From Saccostrea cucullata (lineage: Eukaryota): a stretch of 64,000 nt of DNA. The stretch lies in assembly GCF_032062105.1 (NCBI RefSeq), contig NW_026932876.1, positions 124,001-188,000 of the forward strand, given 5' to 3'. A model generated the notes under the pieces. It was not told where the DNA came from. It did not search any database and worked only from the letters and a program-made list of their open reading frames with translations. Made by a program: the position numbers and the translations under genes. Shown here one piece after another: positions 54,505 to 64,000 of this stretch (positions are counted from its first letter, which is position 1; the number at the start of each line of letters is the position of its first letter).

Positions 54505-55568
54505 TTTCAATATCCCAACGAACCAAAATGAATTTGAACTACCATATCTATATTGGATTACCAAACGTCATAAAAATCCTTACAAACAAAGATAGCGGGT
54601 TTCAGTGAATGCTCAACCAAGCCCCTTTTCAAAAGTACTCCTCACTATATTAGCTGTAGTAAAAAGAAACTTCAAGAGTACTGTGCAACAATATATTCAT
54701 GAAGTGGTGTAAATCGGATGTTGATACTTAAACATTCCAAGAAACTTTTGGATAATTTGAAATCACAAGACTTTACCAAAATCAACAGCATAAAAACTTT
54801 TCAACTTTATTCATAACCATTTCCCACGATAATTTAAAGTCAAGGCTTTTTGATATCATTGGCAGCTGCTTTTTCAATAAAAACGTAACTCGTAAATTCA
54901 TTTACATTGTCATTGGTCATTTGCAAAAAATATTTTGTTAATAAACATTCTGATTGTACCCACAAGTACTCTGAATTTGACATAAAAAATGTTTAAGATT
55001 CTGATGGACAATATCTATGTGTTTTTTGGAGACCGTGACTTTCAACAATCCGTTATAAGCAGACCTATTTAAGCATAACTTGTCCAGAATTTTATACCTG
55101 AAAAGAAGCAAACACTTGCTATGACCTTCAACTCGATATTTAGATATATTGACGATGTATTGTCAATTAACAATTGTAATTTCCATTTTTATGTCGATAC
55201 GATATATCCCGTTGATCGAGCTTGATATAAAAGACACGCAACAGAGTCTGGCACATCTGTTTCATTTTGGATATTTTACTTGAAAAAAACGTTAATGGTA
55301 ATCCAACAACCAATCTCTATGATAAACGTGATGACTTGAACCTTATAATCGTCAGTTTTCCTTACTTATGCAGCAATATACCGTCATCATCTGCATACGG
55401 AGTTTATTTATCTCAGTTGATTCGATACGCAAGGGCCTGCTCTACGTATGAACAATTTCTAAAAAAAAAAGGTAAATTATTGACAAACAAGTTGATGAAA
55501 CAAAACTATCAGCAGTCTCGTTTAAAGTCATCATTTCGTAATTTCTATGGTCGATGCAAAGACCTAGT
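54505..55568 (+). mobile_element. Degenerate Penelope-like retroelement RT fragment
   Basis: YWI.K.HKNPYKQR, FRYIDDVLSINN and LYDKRDD..FPYLCSNIPSSSAYGVYLSQLIRYARACS motifs. Confidence 0.85.
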
Positions 55569-56579
55569 CAGAATTGCGTATGGCGCGAACAATCTCTGCT
55601 TGACATGGTGATGTTGGTTCTGTAAAGCTGTATCAGACTTTGAGGTTCATGTATCTTTTTTTTCAACTTCACTGGGATATATCGAGTCGACATAAGAATG
55701 GAATTAACTATTGGTTATTTAAAATACGTCGTTGATGTACTAGTATCTAGATGTCGAGTGAAGGTACCAATCAACAAATAGGACACGAACAAGCACACTA
55801 AAACTGACGTTAGCAGTGCAGTTCACATTTCTTTAACTCTCTGATATTCAATGACATTTGAACATTATAAACAGATAAATAGAGATAATATCCGGGTCGA
55901 TACAGTAAGATAGCTCAAAAAGAACACCTTGCTGGACGTGTGAGAGATTACCAAAATATATAACACGTGTCGGGACATTGCTAGATCTACTGACGGTTGA
56001 AGACGAGGACTGCGACGAAAGGGTGAGTATGTAAGGGACAATATATGTTTAACATGAACAAGTGCAAAAATCGTATAGATTGTATCAATTATAAACATTT
56101 AATTAACATTAATTAACACATCAAATAACTGAATGTAAAAAAAATCAAAATATCTCACTGCTTTAAATAAATTTTTATACATAGCGAATCTCGTTTCTAG
56201 CACACTTTTCATCGATTTTTAAAATTAAATTTTGAAACGTATGGAAAGAGCTCAAATATTATTCTTAAAAAGTAAACAAAATTGTCAATTAAGTCAGTTT
56301 AAAATCTTTTCAGTCAAATGTTTATTCTTGTCAATAAGGCAAAGGGTAAGTTGTAATGTAAATGAGCACACACTGCTGCAGCTCTACTTGAATCATTAGA
56401 AATCTCTGTAAACAACTTCTTGACAAATTAGTATGATAAAAAGCCGAGTACAAGATCGTTATAGGGGTGGGTGTAATCTCAGTAGAACAGGCTGTATGGA
56501 TACAGACTTAACAACCCCTGCTTTACGGAGCCAACATCACCTAGTCAGGTAGAGATTATACGCGCCATATGCATTTCTG
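55569..56579. mobile_element. ~1-kb TIR element abutting and truncating the Penelope fragment
   Basis: CAGAATTGCGTATGGCGCG..AATCTCT..TGAC..GGTGATGTTGGTTCTGTAAAGC is mirrored at 56520-56579; no TSD found. Confidence 0.65.
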
Positions 56580-58523
56580 CGCCAAGCAGTAACCCTCAAT
56601 CAACTTCTTTTTTGAATGGGAATACGACGTTAACGAGTTATATATGTACGTGAATTTATTATAGCGAAAGACTTTCTCTAAGAACTCTTTTCAGTTTGCC
56701 AGGCATTTTTTTTAAAAGTTAGAATGTGAAAAATATTTATGATGTTTTTTCAGAAATAAAATGTAACGTCGACGAACAACATGGCATTGTATCTTCTACA
56801 TACTTTCCAGTTTTACAAAACTCAACCATTTAGAATCTAGGTGTTGGAATTACCAGGGAAGAAAATGCATAAGGTAAGATATTGTCTAGGTTCAATTTTA
56901 ACGAATATTTAAGTAATGTATACTGGTGAGGACTTACTGTAGTTTATAGTCATTTTGTATTTCTAAATTTGTGTAAACAGTATATTTAATCAACATTACA
57001 ACATTAATTCAAGAATCCATCCTAGGTATTGTATTTGTTGACAATATTTAAAAAATAAGGCAACCAACATTAACTAACATTTGCTGTTTTAAATCAAACT
57101 TGTACACTGTAAAAAATGTGATTAGGAAATAAATATACATGACAAAATTAATACTTTTGATCACTAAATTTTTGCGACATTTTATTTTCACGTGATAGTC
57201 ATTAACTCATTGTTGGAGAGACAAAATTTTCACGAATGGTCAATGCTCTATGTACTTTTATTGAATGCTAATATAAACGAGAATGAAACTTTGGTAAGTA
57301 CAATATCTCGCGTAATTATGCGAATATAATTCTTGAATAAAAAGTGATTTACAGTATTTAGAAATGAAGAAAGTAAATATAAATATAAAAGATATATACT
57401 GTGAAATCATTAAAATTCGCGATGACGAATTTTTCTGGATGAAATTTTAATGTTTCGCGGGGACCAAATTTTGCATATTTTCATAAGTTCTACAAACGAA
57501 AATATGAATTTGTAACCATAGTTTATTTATTCGTGGTGGAATATAAATTCGTTGATGAGAGGCACCCACGATTTTCACGAAAACTAAATCACAACGAACA
57601 CAAACCGCATTTAATAAAGGTTGAAGGAAAATTCTTCTTTAAAATATCGATTTATTCTTTTCTTAATTTGAAATTCAATTAAGCAGCATATATAATTTTA
57701 ACTTTCTGTATTGAATTAACACCTTATCAACATGACATTTTTGTTTTCTGAAATCAAATCTAACCGTGGGTCAAACATTTTGATCATATGTCTTAGTAGT
57801 TTATACAGTGTGGAAAAATCTGATGATTTCGTGAAAAAGTAAATATTTGAAGATTTGACGAATTAAGTTTGAATACCTTTAAATCACCACCGATAACCTG
57901 CCGCTGATTTATCAACTGACAATCACGTGTAAAATCAATATTGTCTATGGGCAGAACTTCTTCTATAGTAGTTCTATCGATTTAATCACCTCTGTCCTGG
58001 GGTGTCGTCGTCAAATATCGATTTACTCGCCTTACTCTTAGGGTGCCGTCGTCAAATACCTCATGAAATAGTTCAAATTTTAATATATCATAATTGATTT
58101 CAGTGCGCAAGGAATTTATATAAATCTGTCTATACTTTTTGCAAAGAAAATGTAATGTAAATCCTGTAAGGTATCATGTCTTTTTAAAGTACATCAATTT
58201 ATATAAGCCTATTAGCGATTGGACATATAACTCTGAATTTATATATTTCAAAAACCTTATTGTATGTATATTGCAGTTATTTAGTTTAAGGATATGTGTA
58301 TTAAAAAGTGAACTTTAAGGCACTCCTTCCAACAAAACCTCAAACCCTTCATCCCCTCATAAAAGAAACAAAAACTAAATTTGTAAATTGCAGCGCATGT
58401 GTAAATTCAAATGATTCAAGACTGTAAAGTCACATATTTCGTGCTGTCTTATTTTCATGGTTTAAGAAAAAAATATTGTTTCCAGGGGTTTTAATTTCAT
58501 GGATAAAAAGTATCTCACCATAT

Positions 58524-59042
58524 CCCCAAAACAATTAACGAAAATCAAGCCCCACAAAAATATTACCTTCACCATAGACTAAATTTGTATCTTGTTTTGG
58601 CATACAATTTAAAGAAAAAACGTAATAGGTAATAAATGCTACCAATTGCTAAATTGATGATATGTCGACAATTAGAAGAATTTTCCTAAAGATATAAAGT
58701 TTTAATGTGTGTTTCATGTCTTCAGATCATAATTTAAGCAATAAAAATTATCTTCTAAATAACCATATTCCAAAGTCCCAAAACAATTAACGAAAATCAA
58801 GCCCCACAAAAATATTGCCTTTACAAGTGACTCTAAATTTGTATATTGTTTTGGGATACAATTTTAAAAATTTAAAGAAAAAACATAATAGGTAATAAAT
58901 GCTCCTAATTGCTAAATTGGTGATATGTCGACAATTTGAAGAATTTTACAAAAGATATAAAGTTATTCAGAGATGTGTGTCATGTCATGTCTTCAGAGTT
59001 TCGTTTCATAATTTATGGCTATCTGCAATAAAAATTATCTTG
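58524..59042 (+). repeat. Tandem duplication of a ~250-bp unit (2 copies)
   Basis: CCCAAAACAATTAACGAAAATCAAGCCCCACAAAAATATT...GCAATAAAAATTATCTT at ~58525-58755 and ~58777-59042. Confidence 0.9.
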
Positions 59043-62000
59043 GACTAATCCCCATTTAATTCCAAAATCAAGTTATGATATTTCTTTTTTATCTAAATAA
59101 TATTCTAAAGGTAGGCACCAACAGTAATTTTACAACATCTCGTACAGAAATACTTATGTAAACTTTCAATCACAAAGAAACACGATGTTAAATAGAACGT
59201 CATATAGAAGATTTTTGAAAAATATCTTCCAGTATCAAACAAAATACCTTAGATAGAGCATCATTTTGTGTTTCATGCCATCTTTGTGCGAACATACATA
59301 AAAAAACATCTATAATATGATATAATTGCTGTAGTTATCATTAAAAAAATATTTATTGAAATGTTTCACACTGTGGGGTCTTTAACATTTCCAACAAAAA
59401 AAATGGGGCCATGGATTGTAACTTTATTTACAATCTGATAACCCGGATAAAATCTAAAAAAGGAGAAAATGACGATTACACACAAAACCAGGAAAACTAT
59501 AAAATCATTAATATATAAGTTAATGAGCTTCGAGGTTAACAAGACATCCCAAATAAGTGCGTCAGCATTGATTTTTCCATTAGGACATTTCATTTACAGC
59601 TGTATAAATCTCAATGCAAGTAAAGAGTACACAGGAATTAGAAAACAATTCATTTAAGAGCTTGTTTCTGCCTTATCGTGATACGAAGTCTCAAGTCACT
59701 CCTAAAACTGACTGTTCCTTTTCTTCCACTGCGTCACATCCTCGATAGATCTGATTTTAGGGTCGGGAGGTTCTTTGAACAATCATAAGATTTTGACAAT
59801 ATTCTTCATTGCCGAATTCCATGAACTCTCAGGCACAATTAGACGAATGATGGCCAGGTTCCGGTGGCGAGAACAAGGGGACCAGTTTAATTACTGGATT
59901 CGAGGGGTACTTGATAAGGTAGAAATTGTAACTATCTCCCTTTACACCCATACCTCTATAGAATAGTCTAGTCCTCAAAAGCCTGTTAAGAAAATATTTA
60001 AAATCCATTCAAGTAAAATAAAACAACAGATACAAGTGTTATGTCTTCACTGAAGATAAATACATAAATGTGGTTTTAACATTTTAAGGTTATATGCATC
60101 TCCCTTAAGGTTATTTAAACTATAAAATTCACAGAATGAAAATAATTTCTTAGAAATCAATTAAAATTCATTTTGCAATAAATTAATCGGGATATTTTGA
60201 TATTTACCGAACTTTCTTTCTCTTCCCTGATCTGTTTCTAAAATTCAAAATTAAATTTCGTTATCACTACGATCTATGTAAGTCATTCTTAAAACTTAAT
60301 TGTACATTAGCTGAAGCCTAGTTAAAGTAGAGGTTACCCTCCTTTTGCAATGCTCCTAAGTAAGCTAGATATAAGGTATCAATTAGTGATAATTCAGCGA
60401 ATCATAAATCAACCTTTACAAACTAACTAAAACGTTTTGTAATGACACGTAGAACATGTCTAAACTCAAAAGTAACATTGTAATTATTGTGCTGTCAAAT
60501 CTTTTAGGTCCCGATATTTTCAAAATAAACACAACCCCGGTTCTTTTGTGTCCACGTCATTTTCCCAATATCCCTCTAACAGCTTTCTTCCCTGCTTCCT
60601 AGCAATGCCGTGATCAAGTTAGGAATCATAAGTTCTATCAAAATCGTTAGGACAGAAAGTAAGCATTATTCTGTTAGATTATACGTAACTTCTATGCCCG
60701 ATTCTGCTTTATTATGGAGATTCTCAAGTTTTATGGCTCACTTTTGTCACAAATGTCGGTGATTTGCCCACACCCGTAATTCTCCCTCCGTTTATAGCAT
60801 AAAAACAACAAATACGGCATCAGACATATTCCAGCTTTCCAACCTTATACCAGATTGTTTTAGTGGTTATCTCTGGAATGTCGAGATTTCATGTTTAGTG
60901 TTTTGGGAGAAAAAGCCTTGACTTAAAAAACATTGCACTGCATCTTTTTCAAAGATTTTTTTTGATTGAACTTCGATCATGCAAAGTTTGTCTTTTGATA
61001 TTCACCGTTTCGTTTAAAAGTTAATGATGATTCTGAGGAAGAGAGAAAATACTTGTGAGTTTACAAAACTCATCGGAAAATTGAGCGAATCAATTATGAA
61101 GGTAAATCTTCTCAAATCATACAATTTATAATCTACAATGTCAATTTTTTTGTATGAAGAGCCAATATAAAATATATTTAGTTGATTGATGAAAGATTTT
61201 ACGTGACAGGTTCATTGAGTCTATTTATGTTAAGAGTGTTTCGAGTATCCAAGTGGGTTATATGAGAAAATAGTCTAAATAGAGCTTTCTTGGCCAAATT
61301 TAGCACAGTTTCAGACGCAATTTATTTGCGCAAGAAATCTTAAGAAGCAGAAAAATAAAAATAAAAATCGCAAGAGTTGTTTCTGCTGGATTTTGAATTA
61401 GATAGGAATTGATTTTAGCTGAATACTAAAAAGAAAAACAAATCCACTATTTGTAAGTATTTCTTCAAATTTAAAAAGAAGTTAAGAACTTAAAATAAGC
61501 TTATTCAAAAGTAATAACATAAATAAACACTTATCTGAAAAGTGACAAGTGTATTGAAAAACAGGGAAATTATCTGCACTATTTTTCAACTTTTAAAATT
61601 CCTATTTTCTTGAACAGTTTAGCATTACTTCTTCACCCTCTTGTTTAGATAGAGTTAATTAATGGTCCTTATACTCAAACCACAAATGTTTTCAACTGCC
61701 AAGAGGAGCTAGAACTCCATTGCTACTTATTAAAAATATACCCCGGTATAATGTCGCCCCTACTCGACATTTAGTAAAATAAACTTTTTATTTTCATTGA
61801 AGAATTACTTCTCATTCGAAATTATCGACTACATCTGTGGTTCAGATTAAAAAAAATCTTCAAACGTTCTTAAAGTATTGGTTTGTACACCAAATACTCT
61901 TTTATCTCGTCTTAATTCAAAGATGTATTTGGAAGCCAATCATTTGTGAAGTTCAGAGTACCGGTATTCAGAGTTTCTAATGCAAGAAGATCTGTCTCAT

Positions 62001-62057
62001 TGTTCACTCATTGTATAACACAGGAAATGTAAGACTTTGATATGGAATGCCATAGCT

Positions 62058-62578
62058 GCCTTATGTGGCTATTTCATGAGAAGATGGTGCTTTATAATAT
62101 TATGTTGTGGTTATTTTATATGAAGATGGTGCTCTATTATTATATGCTGTGGTTATCTTATATGAAGATGGTGCTCTATTATTATATGCTGTGGTTTATT
62201 TATATGAAGATGGTGCTCTTTTATATTATGCTGTGGTTATTTTATTGAAGATGGTGCTCTTTTATGTTATGCTGTGGATATTTTATATGAAGATGGTGCT
62301 CTTTTATATTATGCTGTGGATATTTTATATGAAGATGGTGCTCTTTTATATTACGCTGTGGTTATTTTATATAAAGATGGTGCTCTTTTATATTATGCTG
62401 TGGTTATTTCATATGAAGATGGTGCTGTGGTTATTTTATATGAGGGTGGTGCTTTATTATATTATGCTTTGGTTATTATATATGGAGGTGGTGCTTTATT
62501 ATATTATGCTGTGGTTATTTTATATGGAGGTGGTACTTTATTATATTATGCTGTGGTTATTTCATGTGATGGTGGTTT
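62058..62578. repeat. 42-bp minisatellite (~12 units)
   Basis: Unit TATGAAGATGGTGCTCTTTTATATTATGCTGTGGTTATTTTA; explains the repetitive ORFs at 62042-62619. Confidence 0.95.
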
Positions 62579-63230
62579 TTAAAAAATATTTAATGTCAAG
62601 ATATTCCTCATATTTTTGAAGATTGAGTTTAATACTGAGTTTAACAGCTATTATCTCGAAATGTTGGAAGTAAAACAAATACTAGTACTAGTAAATTATG
62701 TAATTAAAATCATTTGAATACACTTTTGCTAGTTCCTCTTTTTTTTCCTTTGGCACTTGGTTTCAGGTTGACGTATTTTGTGTATTAATGTTTTTTTCCT
62801 AGGTGTGTCTAAATACACTCGAAAACATAAAAATAAAAACGATCACTAAAATTAGCCCGTTTTAAAAATGTCGTTTTATTATATATAGTACATGTAAGAG
62901 TGTAGGTACGACAGTTGCCATTTTAGGAAAATCCAGAGGGATTTGTTGTCTCTTTCATTCCGGGACGCCTCTACATTCTACTTAGTTATAAATTGTCACT
63001 TCCATCAATTGCTTTCACTTTCAGTGCTAAGTATCAAGACGTTTTGTTTACTGCATATTTTATACGACAAGTTCAAATTGGTAGACGATTGAAGGGTGTT
63101 ATTTATTCCCTTTTAAATGTAGATTTCACCCAAACCCTGTCCGAAACTAGTAGGAAGAAGTGTCTAGATATTGATTAAAATCAAGAGTGAACCGAGCCGG
63201 ACACCCTGTAATATCAAAGATTGCAACTGT

Positions 63231-63575
63231 CAGGCGCGGATCCAGGAATTTTTTCCGGGGAGGGGGTGGGGGTTCCACTCCAGTGGAAAAAAAATCCAAC
63301 CCAGTAATTTGTTGACAAGCAAAAAAAAGAAAAAAAACACGCCAGAAAATCCTATTTCGTGGTGGTGGTGGTGGTGAGGGTGTGTGTGTGTGGGGGGGGG
63401 GGGAGTCGCTGACTTACAAATCTTCTTCATACCTACCAAGACTTTACATATCAACTTAACCATATCCAAGTTTTAGGTATTTTTTTTACTTGGTTTAGTA
63501 TATAAATTTAATAACTGCAAATTCCAGGGGGGAATTGACCCCCCACCCCCCGACCCCCCTCTAAATCCGCGCATG
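63231..63575. mobile_element. hAT-like MITE with G/C runs
   Basis: CAGGCGCGGATCCAG...CTAAATCCGCGCATG; only a 5-bp flanking direct repeat ACTGT. Confidence 0.6.
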
Positions 63576-63857
63576 ACTGTCGTACATTTAATTCTTTTTT
63601 CATGGACAGTAATGTGGCATTTTTAAATAGTACTAATTTCAGCATTTTTAAAAAAATTATGTTATCGAGTTTATTCGGACACAGCTAGAAAAAAAACATA
63701 ATACACAAAATACACCATCCTGACTGAAACAAAGCGCCTATGGAAAAAAGAGCGGGAACTAGCAATGGTGTATCAAATAGATTTTAATTTTTACTTTCAA
63801 AATTTTGAGATAATAGCTGTAAAACCCAGTCTTTAAAAATATTAGGAATTCCAAGTG

Positions 63858-64000
63858 ACCACCTTCATAGTAAATATAAAAAAATATAATAGAGCACAAT
63901 CTTCATATAAAATATCCACAGCATAATATAATAGAACACCATCTTCATAAAAATATCCAAGCATAATATAATAGAGCACCATCTTCATATAAAATAACCG
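63858..64000. repeat. Inverted copy of the 42-bp minisatellite, runs off the window
   Basis: AATATCCACAGCATAATATAATAGAGCACCATCTTCATA is the reverse complement of the 62058-62578 unit. Confidence 0.9.

Noticed and set aside
62042-62619. Hydrophobic repeat ORFs up to 170 aa
   Set aside because: By-product of a 42-bp tandem repeat whose length is a multiple of 3.

Overview
AT-rich, intron-containing eukaryotic DNA. The repeat repertoire (Helentron-type non-autonomous elements with ~170-bp core repeats and GACA microsatellites, Penelope and RTE-X/CR1-like LINEs, many MITEs) suggests a bivalve, probably an ostreid oyster (inference). Host genes assembled by hand: ELL first coding exon (-, 3522-3653); two paralogous single-pass Thr/Ser-rich mucin-like membrane genes (-, 17441-18493 intact; 7982-8645 frameshifted); a 2-coding-exon glutaredoxin-like C5orf63 homologue (-, 21081-24681); a 9-exon TPGS2 gene (-, 32023-40369) whose exon 6 is corrupted by what looks like an assembly consensus chimera next to a 40-bp minisatellite; and an uncharacterised 380-aa coiled-coil/disordered protein (+, 53121-54263). 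Much of the rest is transposon-derived, often nested up to four levels deep, with several target-site duplications (TSDs) readable directly. No prokaryote-type system, CRISPR array or rRNA/tRNA was seen. All family assignments come from recalled motifs, not database searches.
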